Origin: Octopus sinensis
Lineage: Eukaryota
Direction of reading: 5' to 3'
Length of the DNA: 64,000 nucleotides
Assembly: GCF_006345805.1 (NCBI RefSeq)
Contig: NC_042997.1
Location: forward strand, 92,752,001-92,816,000
Under the pieces are notes generated by a model. The model saw nothing but the letters and a program-made list of their open reading frames with translations. It was not told the origin of the DNA and did no database searches. How positions within the stretch are numbered: position 1 is the stretch's first letter; each line of letters begins with the position of its first letter. Positions 38,026 through 50,870 of this stretch are shown here, in pieces. The position numbers and the translations under genes were made by a program.

Positions 38026-39030
38026 AGAGGCGATCCCAGGTCATTTGCGTCACTCGGGCTCATCACAGATTTCGCATAAGACAGACACATGTATAAAAGA
38101 AGTAATGCACACCGCAGACACACGTGCACTGATAATTTAACAATAAGACAGAAAACCAGTTTTAACGCCTTTCTCTATTTCTAAGTGAAGTTTTAAAATG
38201 AGTAAAAATAAAGCAACCCTGCAAAGCACAATTGATCTTTACATACAGACGCACAGAAGAATGACAGCAATCAAATAACGACAGTGGAATGCACAACAAA
38301 CATCAGCGATATGACTGTTGCTGGTACTCCTGGCAAGAGATGCCAGTTAGTATTTTAGACCCACCAGGTTCATTCGTATCAGCTTGAGTTGCTGGATAAT
38401 TTTTCGTTCCTTTAAGAATATTGTATAAAGAAAACTTTTCATGGATTGGAAATTTAAATCCTAATCTCAATAGAAATTTATTGTTTCAAGAAAACATTGA
38501 ATATGAATTAGTTTTAATTTTTACGATTATAGGATAACAACTTGGACTGTAACTTCTGAGCTGGAGTCAGGAGCGTGTGAACGATGTCGAGTGAACATCT
38601 GCTACGAACGATAGTTTTTCATACAGGGCACCTCTAAGACGACTGCCAGACGCCGAACGAAAATAAATGAACTGCGACCAGGCTCAAAAGGAGCTCGAGT
38701 CATTGGCTGCAATTGTTAACAGAAATTAAACCAGCTTGCAAATACACGTTCACTTTACTAAATTTATACCTGGGCTAAGTCCGAACATCTCTGCCGGAGT
38801 CGCTGATTTATATATATAACAAATTAAAAAGGTGGCTTATTAGTAATAAAAAACTATAGGCAAAATTAACAGAGGTCACAGGATGGCTATATGCGCTACC
38901 TCCCTTCGTCAGTCATTAAGTATAAGGCTTTAGTGGCTTTGGAGTTTATTTAACTATTGTTTTAGAATAAGTGGTGTTAGTCAGTATCCCCCGTCACTTT
39001 TGAGACCTCTATTATAAATATATATTCTTT

Positions 39031-39211
39031 TATTTCTTTCAGTCATTTGACTGCAGCCATGCTGGAGCACCGCCTTTTGTCGAACAAATCGACCCCAGGA
39101 ATTATTCTTCGCAAGCCTTGTTCTATCGGCCTCTTTTGCCGAACCGCTAAGTTACGGGACCTAAAGACACCAACATCGATTGTCAAGCGATGGAGGGGGA
39201 AAAACACACAA

Positions 39212-39246
<35 letters not shown>

Positions 39247-39392
39247 CATACACAGCGGGCTTCTTTCAGTTTCTGTCTACCAAATTCAAAGCTTTGGTTG
39301 GCCCGAAGCTATAGTAGAAGACACTTGGCCAAGATGCAACGTAGTGGGACTGAACCCGGAACTATGTGGTTGGTAAGCAAAGTACTTGCCAC
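39031..39392 (-). mobile_element. tRNA-SINE family A (CpG largely intact)
   Basis: tttcagtcatttgactgcagccatgctggagcaccgcc...gggactgaacccggaactatgtggttggtaagcaa. Confidence 0.9.
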
Positions 39393-41088
39393 GCCTTCGC
39401 GCGCGCACACACATATTCATTCATATTTACACTAAGTGGGATGATTCAGTCATTAAACCAATCAGAAGCAACAATGTGAAGCATCAGTTCAATTCCTGTA
39501 TACGAAGATATGCGAAGTTGACATTCTGTATGACGAGGAGTTGTACAAACAACAGTCACTATTGGGTATATATACTCTCCGCTCGGATGTAATACTCAGA
39601 CTGTTTCCACTGATATGTAAGCTTAATGGCTCTTAAGCCTCTCTAGTGTTCACTGAAGGTTCTACACGTTACTGCTTCATTAATTTAACTTCAAACACAA
39701 AATCTACAGCCACATCTGCTTAAAGGTATTTTGTGGACGACAACAAAATTCCTAAAACAAGAAGTAAACTACCCAGTCAAATATGGCATCATAAAACCGA
39801 GAAACCCCTCATGAAGAGCTTAGTTCGCAGTAACAACAAAACAAAAACCACAAACTACATAATCTTGTTTTCTCAATCATTCTCAACATTTATACATGCT
39901 TTACCGAGCCAGTTGTTGGCGAATTATACAAACTAGATTTCAACACTTACATTATAGTTAGGTCAATGTGAAACATGCCTATTATATCAGCTACATTTGG
40001 TGATTACATACCGCCTATTAGACTGCTTTTCAATCATTGTGACAATTGTGTACCAGACTATCAGATCAATTTCACACAAATTATCATTAAATTTCTAAAA
40101 CATAATGGGTTGTATTAGAATGCAAGTGCCAAAGTAAAATTTTGCTCTGTGTGTGTAGTGCAAAAGTAACAGAAAATACAACGTTCACGAAATGGTGAGG
40201 AAAAAAAATGAAATGCCTTTAAGGTTTCGAGTACATACTCTTCTTCCGGAAGGTAGGATAGAAAACGGAGAAATGGAAACGCACGAGTATCCAACCGTTC
40301 TGGCATGAGAAAAAGTGTGTGTGTGTATATCTATATTTATATACGTGCGTATGCAGATTCTGATCTACCTAGCTGATAATTTGATATTCAACAATATCTT
40401 TACCTTTTACAATTACTATTTGTAGTCTTGTCTGAGAATTTTGTATTACAAGACTTTCGTTTGGTCTCACGAACATGTCTTCTCCAAGACATCTTTAGAA
40501 TAAATTTAAATCTACCTGCTTTAGTTCTGATGATACTACTGTTACTAACTATTGAAGGTCAACAGAAATTTAAATACATTTCTGTCATATGCAACGGATC
40601 TCAACACAACTCGTTCTAATATAAAATGCCTTTTTGGAAAAAACAATTTCCCTGATATTATGATACTTGAAGTTGTTAAAATAGTTGAGTAATAGCGACA
40701 CTTTCTCTTCGGAAGGGGCATTTTACCCTCATTACAGACCAACAAACGTATTGAGTTTGCTTTCAAATACCACGAAGGTAGATAATTAGTTTTCATCCTT
40801 CCTTAAAATACACATTTTAAGTGTGAGTGTGTCTGCATAAGCATGGCTAAGTGCTAATGAGGTATGTTTCGCCCTAAGAAGGTTCCGAGATCGATCTCAC
40901 TACGTAGCAGTATCTTGGATAAGTGTCATCTGCCATAGCATAGGGTCAACCTAAGCGTCGAGAATAAAACTAAACTGAAGGAAACTGAAAGCTCATCGCA
41001 TGTACTGTATAATTCAGGGGTTAACTTTTACGTCTATCCGATTCTGCTTAAATAGTCACATCTGTGAAATAATCATTTGCACTATATA

Positions 41089-41289
41089 CAGTAATCCCTC
41101 GACTATCGCGGGTGCTATGCCCCCCTCCCTCCCGCGCGATAGGTGAAAATTTGCGAAGTAGAAACAGTACTGTATATATTTTAAAGTTATTTTTATAATT
41201 TGTATATATTTATTTTATTATAAATGCAAAACCACAGAGGAATCGACGTAAGCTTAAATAATAAACCGCAATATGGCAAGGGATTATTG
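41089..41289. mobile_element. pogo/Tigger-like MITE, 201 bp
   Basis: TA-flanked TIRs CAGTAATCCCTCGACTATCGCGG / CCGCAATATGGCAAGGGATTATTG. Confidence 0.75.
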
Positions 41290-42439
41290 TACTTCAATGT
41301 TTTGGTAACTGACAGAACAACTGGAATAGTCATCGTCGAACCTGATAGTGGATCCACTTACTTTTTTACACACACCAGTCAATGAAATAAATCTTTAGTT
41401 AGGGAAATAGTATCAAGCGATAGTCCCGAAGCTTCAACAAAGTGATGTGTTAGGGATCTTCATATCTTTATTTATACCTTTTAGGCGGAGGTAAAGAATA
41501 CGCACACCACCCGTTTTCGGTGTAAACCTAACCCTAAACGCCTACACTTTATATCCAAACCATTTTGTTTAAATATGAAGACACGTGCACGTGTATGCTT
41601 CATTCGTTTATACTCTTTTCTGGACTTGTGCTTAACTTGGAGAAATCAATAAAGACGAAGGTCCAATTGCTGAAGTCCCCAGCAACAAAAACGTTGTTGT
41701 GCTAAGCACCTAGAAAATTTTGTTTCGCTTAGCCGTAAATGAGTAGCATTCGTGGATCCACTGCGAGAGGAGGCCGAGTAGGTTAGAAGTGGACACTATT
41801 GGGTTGTCTTAGCTAACAGGTATTGCAGAAGGAGGGAAGTTTCAATTCGTGCATCTATTGAGCACTTTTAGTTCATGGGGTTGCATGTGCATGGATGGTC
41901 TTCATTTCAATAATTAAAATAAAGGTTATTCCTTACGTAGGCATGAAGACTAGCAAGTTTATTTCTTTATTAAAAGTGTTAGCAGCATAAGAGGAATAAC
42001 TTCCATTGGGAGCAGTGACCGGATTACTGATGTAGAGAAGATAATAAGCGGTTAATCAACTCAGTGACGGGAATATTATGGACAAATCATTTTTTGTTTT
42101 TGTTAGACGTCATAGATAAAAGGCAGGTTTGACCCAGACGAAATTTTGAATTTGTGACAGCAACAGTCTAAACTGGATAATGTAAAGTATATAGGTTGGT
42201 TCGGTATTAATCCAGGCCAGCGTCACATACCTGTTATTATATCATGCATGATGAAACGAGAAAGTAAATCAATACCTTTTCAAGAGTTTAAATGGCGAAA
42301 GTGAAGTGAAATGAAGCAATTTAAACATTAAAATAATTCGGTTTCACTTTCTTGAAAACTTCACGTCGAGCTCTTTTTTTTATTAACAGTTCACAAAAGA
42401 TTTGTGAATAAAAAACAGTTTTGTATTTAGACAGTGAGC

Positions 42440-43205
42440 TTACAAGCGCGTCAGACAAAATGCTCAGCGGCATTTCTTCCGGTTTTAATGTTCTGAGTTC
42501 AAATTACACCGAGGTTGACTTCGCCTTCCTTCTTCTCGAGGTCGGTTAAATAAATAGAAGTTAAACACGGGGTGATGTAATCAAGTTGTCTCTTCCCTTA
42601 AAACTGCTGGCCTTGTCCTAAATTTGAAACCATTATAATTATTATTATGGTGACGAACTAATAGAATCGTTAGCACGCCGGACAAAATGCTTAGTGGTAT
42701 TTCTTCCGGTTTTACGTTCCAAGTTCCAATATCACCAGGGCCGACTTTGCCCTCCATTCTTTCGGATTTAATAAAATATGTACCAGTCAAGTACTAGAAT
42801 CGATGAAACCGACTCCTTCCATTCAAAAAATTTCTGGCTTTGTGTCTATAGAAAAAAGGATTATAATAGCAAGGTGACACGCCGGGAAAAATGAGTAAAA
42901 GTATTTCTTTCGGCTTTATGCTCTGAGTTCAAATGTCGCTGAGATCATCTCTATCGTTCATCTTTTCGGGGTTGATAAAAGTAAATACCCACAAAATTTC
43001 AGGCCTTGTGCCCATGATAATAATAAGAAGAAGGAAGATAAAAGGCATTGCAGCATAGGAAAAAAAAGGGTGCTTTCTGCCGGTTCTTTACATTCTAAGC
43101 TCAAGTTTCGTCGATACCAACTCAACCTTTCAAATTTCCAGAATAATAAAATAAAGTACCTGTACAAATCGACTAACCCTCACTCCTCTTAAATTACTGT
43201 CCATG
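42440..43205 (+). mobile_element. Head-to-tail cluster of four SINE family B copies
   Basis: Repeated gttctgagttcaaat / gaccgactttgcc-like / ataaaata..tacc / ctggccttgtg blocks starting near 42440, 42650, 42870 and 43055. Confidence 0.75.
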
Positions 43206-44189
43206 TGCCTGAATCAGATATAATTACTGGAGATATGAAAGGATAACTCATGACGAATCTAAATAAAATACTATAAGTTATTTAGTGTGGTGCACCGCAG
43301 TTTTTGAGGATATCAACACCTTCAAACTATGTGTTTTAAAACAAATTCACACACACGTATGATGTATATGAATTACTGGATGTATAGCCTTTATAACATA
43401 ATGATTTACACATGAGACACTTAACTGCATGTATTCTCTTTCTATCACTCGTTATATATATATATATATCACCATGAGCTTGAGAAGAAAGACAGATCAG
43501 CAAAAATGAAAAAACGGATGCTGTGTGTGAGAGAGAGAAAAGAGAGTGAACAAGTGATGGACGAGTAATATGGTGTGTCAGAGAATGCAAAGAGATGGAA
43601 AATTTAAATGTGTGTGTGTGTGTGTAGAGAGAGAGACAACTGAGTAAATGATTGGGCTTCAGAGTGGATGAAAGAGACAGTAGAGAATAAGAGAGAAGAG
43701 CTAGAAAGTGACTAAGTAAGACAACGGATGAGAATGACTAATCTCCTATTGGCTAGCCTATTATCAGAAACAGGATAATGTCTTCCATTGGATGCTGTTA
43801 ATGCCCTCATCAAGTTTTAAATCTTAACAATGGCTTTTGAGATTTAGAAACCTCTTTGGTATGACGAAATTACTTCTTAGACGAGCTTTAAATTGCAATT
43901 TACAGTTATATATAAGTCCAATAATGTATATACTTGAATATATTAACGTGTATATAATTTAAATAAGGATTTCTAACACTAACAAAAAGCAACAGGGTCT
44001 GTCTGGGTGAAGTGTGTATTTAATTTAATTGTGACAGTTATTTTAATCAATACCTGGGCTTTAAGAAGCAAAGTTCACCCTGGCAAGATTTAAACTCAGA
44101 AAGGAGAGCTATATCTAAATTTCTCAAAGTATTTTGTCTAATGTTACACCACCGAGTAGCAAGAATTGATAATTCTCATTTATACATGC

Positions 44190-44790
44190 GTTAAAGTGCA
44201 TTCAAAATGTATCTGGCTTTAATTTTTCCTGCCAAAATTAATGCTGTGCAGGCAAAATCCTTTGCATGGGAGGTGTCACCACCCTTCCTGTGAGCCAGTA
44301 GGTCATGTCAATTCCCAGTTTTTACGCTTATAGTACAAACATGTAATGCACACTCACTGGATTTTTGTTTCCACCAAATGCATCAAGCAGAAATATTGCA
44401 TCAAGTTTTCCCAAAAGCTTGGCGATACTCAAGCTCAAACCATCCAGAAGATCTAGCAGGCTTTTTGCAATGATGCCATGGGCAAAACTCAGATCAACGA
44501 GTGGTACAACTACTTCAAACATGGCCACACCTCAGTGGAGAACGAGGCATGCTCATGCAGGCCATCCACAAGCCAAAATGAGGAGCCGATTGAGAAGGTA
44601 CAGCAAATAGTCATGGAAGACTGTCATACAACATTCCAGGAAATTACTCAGGAGGTAGGAATAAGCACACGATCAATGCATTCCATTTTAATGGAGGATT
44701 TGTGCATGCGGAGAATGACAGTCAAATTCGTCCTTAATATGTAGGCAAAGCAGTATAAGCAACTCCACATGGAAATCGATCAGGACATGC
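44190..44790 (+). mobile_element. 5' fragment of a second mariner (HTH region)
   Basis: ORF 44478-44744 QINEWYNYFKHGHTSVENEACSCRPSTS...MRRMTVKFV matches the mariner N-terminal pattern (W..RF..G..S..D..RSGRP..T); frameshifted; decayed TIR-like gcattcaaaatgtatctgg near 44196. Confidence 0.8.
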
Positions 44791-44974
44791 TGATCTAAAT
44801 ATATACATAAATACATAAAACCATTAACTAATTAAGTCAGTTCACTGATTATTATATACTGTCTTTAAAGTGTATTAATGAATTAGCCAAGGCTTATGAA
44901 GTACACAGAATGTGTGCCTCAAATATAAATTAATTTAATCCCTTACAGATATATGTATGTAGATATACACACAT

Positions 44975-45567
44975 GCATACTGGGTGTGTAATTAAGAAGT
45001 TAGTTTCATAACCACATGGTTTCAAGCTCAATTCCACTGTGCAGTATGTTGAGTAGTATCTTAAGCTATAGCCTCAGGCTGACCAATGCCTTGTGAGTGA
45101 ATTTGGCTGAGAGAAACTGTGCAGGAGCTTGTCATATACATGTGTGCATAGTTTAATGTTCGTGTTTGTCTCCCACCATTCAAGAACCTGTATTGGTGTT
45201 TGTTAAAGTCCTTGTAAGTAGCTTGCTTACCAACCACATGGCCCCAAGTTCAGTCCCACTGCGTGGCATCTTGGGCAAGTGTCTTCTACTATAGCCTCAG
45301 ACCGACCAAAGCCTTGTGAGTGGATTTGGTAGACGGAAACTGAAAGAAGCCTGCCGTATATATGTATGTGTATGTATATGTTTGTCCCCCAAACATCGCT
45401 TGACAACCAATGCTGGTGTGTTTACGTCCCTGTAACTTAGTGGTTCGGCAAAAGAGACCGATAGAATAAGTACTAGGCTTACAAAGAATAAGTCCTGGGG
45501 TTGATTTGCTTGACTAAAGGCGGTGTTCCAGCATGGCCACAGTCACATGACTGAAACAAGTAAAAGA

Positions 45568-45572
<5 letters not shown>
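44975..45572 (+). mobile_element. Two tandem/nested SINE family A copies
   Basis: Older copy 44975-45215 followed by a well-preserved copy ~45204-45572 ending gactgaaacaagtaaaagagta(TA)n. Confidence 0.85.
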
Positions 45573-45604
<32 letters not shown>

Positions 45605-45661
45605 TAAATAAATGGAGTTTATCAAATGGTGTAATCAATAAATAAATGGTGTAATCAAATA

Positions 45662-45760
45662 TTTTTACTTTCGACACATGTTTCGAAAATTCCACTGATA
45701 CTATTCAAAAGAATAAATGGTATAAATAATGCAATCTTCTCCTCAGGAAAGTGAAAAAAG
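45662..45760 (-). ncRNA. Minimal type I hammerhead ribozyme with extended stem II
   Basis: Minus strand: stem I UUUUU(C)ACUUUC / GAAAGUAAAAA; core CUGAGGA (45746-40); stem II GAAGAUU/AAUUUUC; GAAA (45684-81); stem III AC-AUGU-GU; cleavage triplet GUC (45675-73). All conserved core positions are present. Confidence 0.8.
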
Positions 45761-48700
45761 CGAAACTCGTCAATATATATATATGTATAGTATGCATGTT
45801 GTGTGTACTGCATATGAATGAGTGGTGAGAAAGATTAGATGCTTAATCTTCATTAATATCCACTGCCTGATACAGTTCTTTTCATGATTTTTTATTTCTA
45901 AGACCTGTCCAAGTGAAATAAACAGGCTTCCTCAACAACAATCTGCATGTCTTTTTTGAGTAATTCATTTTGTTCGCTTCCGTTATTATAATTGAAAACA
46001 ACCTTGCTTCCTTAAACCCTTTTATTACATTCTAATAAAAAACTCTTGAATCTTCTTAATACTATTGCATCTATCTTTGTATAAACCTTCTATATCTTTT
46101 GTCGTTTTTGTTTCTGTAACACTGCAATTCCAGGACTCTTTCCCTATATATAGAATACTAAACTGTCATCAACATCAATCTGGTCTGGTAATCTCTTACT
46201 ACAGAAAGGCAATTATATGAACAAGAGCCCTAGTTCTTCTGTTAAACATGTAAAAATGATTAAATCAAACAAAAGCATATGCATTAGCTTGCTATCCAAT
46301 AAGAATCAGGACATCTATTGTGCGAGATACATATAAAATATCAAAAGCTTTTAAGGAGTTAGTACTCTGGCCTTAAAATCATCTTATTACAATATTTATG
46401 TTACATATACACATAAAAAAATAGATGTTTTTGTCAATCTTAAAAATCTCAAATCATATACTGGCATATAAATTATGGTTAATTTTTTAAATAAAATACT
46501 AATATCCTAAATAATCAAGATACATTATTCAAAAATAAATTTGGTATTAAATTTCCTGCTAAATCAGGATATAAAAAATATTTAAAAATTCTTATTTCAA
46601 ATATAGAAATTCGATGCATATTGCCAATTAAAATTATTTCACATGGCATCCTTGAATAAACTAATTATTTTCTGCATATCATTTGCAACAATCAATTCAC
46701 ATAATCATAGAAATCCAGGAGGTATATCAGCTCATTGCAGTAACTGCTATAAATCATAGGGTTTTTTGTTTAGCTACTTGAATTTAATTAAAGAAAATAC
46801 AAAACTTTTAAGCATATACAATGGAATACAGAGAATAGGAAAGACCCAAGATAATTTCCAGGGATGTAATTGAAAGTCATTGTTACAAAGTTTGGGCTAG
46901 ACAAATTTGCTGCTGGCTGGCTGCCAGATATTAAACTAGACCAGCCATAACAGGCACTAAAGAATTAGAGCAAGTTATCAGCAGGGGAAGACAGAGCAGA
47001 TAAAATTAAAATTTGCTCTAGAAATCACTTTGTATGCCTGGCAACAGACAGCTAGGTTACAGTTTTTAAGTAAGCTTATCTGCCCTATCAGGTGAATGCA
47101 TTATGCAGTATAATATAAAAGCATCTAAATACAAACTATGTGTGTGTGCATCAATATATATATATATAATATATATATATACATATACAATATATAAGAT
47201 TTATGTGTATGTATACTTACATAAATAAGGCACATATCTCTATGTGAACATGCATACATATATGTAATGTACGTGAAAAATGATTCCTATTCAGACAGAT
47301 ATCATTACAGATTTTCTCAACAGCCTGTGAAAATTGGGTATTAAGGGGGAAAAAAGGGGGGGATAATCTGAATAAACATTAGTTATTAAATAAATTACCA
47401 ACATCATTTAAGTTACCAAATTTCTCACAGAACAAAAAAAAAAAAAAAGGTTGGGTTGGTTGAGAAATGCAGCTATATGAAAAATAAAGAACAAGTTAAT
47501 AAAAGTTGCTATGAATCAAATATCACAGATCTATCTCTGAATATAACCTAACCTGAAATTAGCTGAGCGTCCTCTATATATTAGCTCAACCTACCAGAAG
47601 TTGAAGCCAAATCTTCCTCAAAACTACATACTTCCATTTTAAATAAGTGAATAAAGAAAATAAAAAAAAAAACAAACAAAAAAAACGACAATAAATAATG
47701 TAAACCTAGAAAATGAAATGAGACGGTAACAGCTGGAACACCTTTCATTATTATAAGACTAGTTGATCAAGACTGGCTAGGGCTAAACAACAGCTGCTTA
47801 AAAATAAGCCTCCTAATTTCATCAAATCCATAGAGTGATGTTTGGAAAATTAAAACATGAGATTTTATTCAGGTACATAAATACTTCAATTTGGTTGAAT
47901 CCACTCGACTGAGGAATCTGATAATTCAAAGACGAACAGGTAAAAATAATAAATACAATATCCTTTTGTCAGTAGTTTAATGGAAACTCAAAAAAAAAAA
48001 AAAAAAAGCACAATGTTTTGGTAGTTCTGTTGGAAATCTGTGTAACTTATAATAAATAATAGATTGCTCTGCACTTAATACAACACAATCACTGGGCAGT
48101 GATTCTAATGCACTGTTCAAGCTGGTGTTTAGTTTAAATAATAGATGCAAGCACTGGTGAACCAAAACTGCAGCCACTTTACTAGATATAGTAATAAAAT
48201 ACTTTTTGTATAAGTGTGCAGTACTTGACATTAAGTACAAACACTAAGTCAAAGCTATGAGGTTTAAAATTCTCTGAGCTTGGTCATATTACGTGCATTG
48301 CAGAAATTTACTGTAATGACTGGCAGTCTTGGTAACTATCAAAAGCTATTTCAAAACAGTAACAACTCTTTTGAGCTTCTGCTTGGTCATCCTATCCAAC
48401 CAGTTAGAAATAATAGTCAAATCTCCCTCAACTCAAACCCCAATTTACATTGGATAATGAAGTCATAGATACCCCCTAAAAGGACAGGACAATCATGGCT
48501 GGACTACTTTAGATCTTAAGTATGGTTAGTCAAAATTGAACTGGGAGCTAAACAGCTATAGTAAAGGAATTCAATTATTATTGTTGGGACTGTTGTAATC
48601 AAAAGGTGATCTGGCAGAAATTTATAAAAATTGTTATCATGAACATTAAGAAAGGAATGAAAAGACCCAGTCTCCAGCAACATCACAGTGCTAACAACAA

Positions 48701-48810
48701 TAAGAGCAATTTAAGCAATTTTGCAAGATGTATAAATATCATTGAAAAACAAAAAAACAAGTAAAACTTCTTTCTTTGATCTCAGGTAAAACAAAAGTCA
48801 AATGCCAACA

Positions 48811-50545
48811 ATCATCACCATCGTCATCGTCGTTTAACGTCCACTTTCCATGCTGGTATGGGTTGGATGGTTTGACTGAGGGCTGGTGAACCAGAAGGCT
48901 GCACCAGGCTCTATCTGATCTGGCAAAGTTTCTACTGCTGGATGCCCTTCCTAACACCAACCACTCTGAGAGTGTAGTGGGTGCTTTTACATGCCACCGG
49001 CACAAGGGCCAGGCAGGTGGTTCTGGCAAAAACCATGCTCAAAAGGTGTTTTTTTATGTGCTATCTGCATGGGAGCCAGTTCGGCAGCACTGGCAATGAC
49101 CACACTCAAATGTTGTTTTTGCCATGCCACTGGCACATGTGCCAGTAAGGCAATGCTGGCAACAATCATGCTCGAGTGGTGCTTTTTACGTTCCACCAGA
49201 ATGGGAGCCAATCCATGGCCCTGGCACCAATCATGCTCAGATGTGCTTTTAAAGTTCCACTGGCACGAGTGCCAATCAAGCGGTACTATCATCAGCCATG
49301 TCAGCGATTTTGATTTTACTTGCCTCAATGGGTCTTCACAAGCGAAGTTTATTGTCCAATGAATGAGGGGCATTCATAAGTGGGTTGATTACACCCACTG
49401 GCATAGGCCACAGGCTATGGTCTCACTTGGCCAGTCGGGTCTTCTCAAGCACAGCATATCTCCAAAGGTCTCGGTCACTAGTCATTGCCTGGTGAGGCCC
49501 AATGTTCGAAGGTCATGCTTCACCACCTCATCCCAGGTCTTCATGAGTCTAGCCCTTCCACAGGTTCCCTCAACTGCCAGGGTGTGACTCTTTTTCACAC
49601 AACTGTCCTCATTCATTCGCAACACATGACCATACCAGTGCAGTCGTCTCTCTTGCACACCAGATCTGATGCTTCTTAAGTTCAACTTTTCTCTCAGGGC
49701 ACTTACACATCCAGCGGAGCATACTGGCTTCATTCCTTGCAAGTTTACGTATGTCCTCAGCAGTCACAGCTCATGTTTCACTGCCATGTAGATGGCTGTT
49801 CAGACACATGCGTCATACAGTCTACCTTTTTCTCTGAGCAAGAGGCCCTTTGTCACCAGCAGAGGTAGGAACTCTCTGAACTTTTCCCAGATTACTCTTA
49901 TTCTAGCTGCTACATTTTCAGAGCTGCCACCCCAATACTGTCTTGGTCCCCTAGGTAACGGAAGCTATCAACTACTTCTAGTTTTTCTCCCTGGAATGTA
50001 GCGGAAGTTGGTCTCTGCACATTTTCTGTGTTTATAGCACCTGAGCATCTGCCACATACAAAAACTATCTTCCCAGTTAGCCTTCCTTTGATATTGCTAC
50101 ACCTCTCATGTGTCCATAGCTTACACTAGGTACATTTTATGGAATTTCTACCAATGCCTTTCCTACAAATCGAGCAGGGCCATCTACTTTAAGGGATTTA
50201 TGGTTTGTCTGCTTTCCTACTAACTTTGGATTTTGCTAGATTGACTCTAAGACCCTTCGATTCAAATCCTTGCTTCCACACCTGAAACTTTTCCTCAAGT
50301 TCTGTGAGTGAATCAGCAATTAGAGCAATACCATCAGCATAGAGGAGCTCCTAGGGGCATCCTGTCTTGAATTCCTGTGCTATTGCCTGGAGAACTACGA
50401 TGACTAAGAGGGGGCTAAGGACTGATCCTTGGTGGACCCCTACCTGGAATTCTTCACTTGCCAACCCTCACCTTACTGACAGCATCCCTGTACATGGCTC
50501 GCACAGCTCTCACTAACCATCCATCTACCCCTAGTTTCCTCATTG
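48811..50545 (-). mobile_element. 5'-truncated RTE-clade LINE (RT C-terminus plus 3' UTR)
   Basis: Translation includes YRDAVSKVRVG and ERRLHWYGHVLRMNEDSCVKK...GRARLMKTWDEVVKHDL; tail ends in (GAT)n at 48811. Confidence 0.9.
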
Positions 50546-50870
50546 ACCAAAATACCGCTAAGCATTTTACCAAGCGTGCTAACGATTCTGCCAGCTCACC
50601 ACCTCTAATAGTAATAATGATAATAATAATATTAATCCTTTCTACTAAAGGCACAAGGCCTGTAATTTTGGGAAGGGTGATAGTTGATTACAATAACCTC
50701 AGTATTTAACTGGTACTTATTTTATCAACCCCAAAAGGATGAAAAGCAAAGTTGACCTCGGTGGAATTTGAACTTAGAATGTAACGATAGATGAAATACC
50801 ACTAAGCATTTTGCCTGGTATGCTAATGAATCTACCAGCTCACCACCACCAATAATAATAATAATAAAAT
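50545..50870 (-). mobile_element. SINE family B (one partial head plus one full copy)
   Basis: gctaagcatttt...gattctgccagctcaccacc occurs twice; central ccaaaaggatgaaaagcaaagttgacctcgg. Confidence 0.8.

Noticed and set aside
45520-45572. SINE-A tail GAAAC-AA-GUA resembling hammerhead stem III
   Set aside because: No CUGANGA core upstream; better explained as LINE-type 3' stem-loops.
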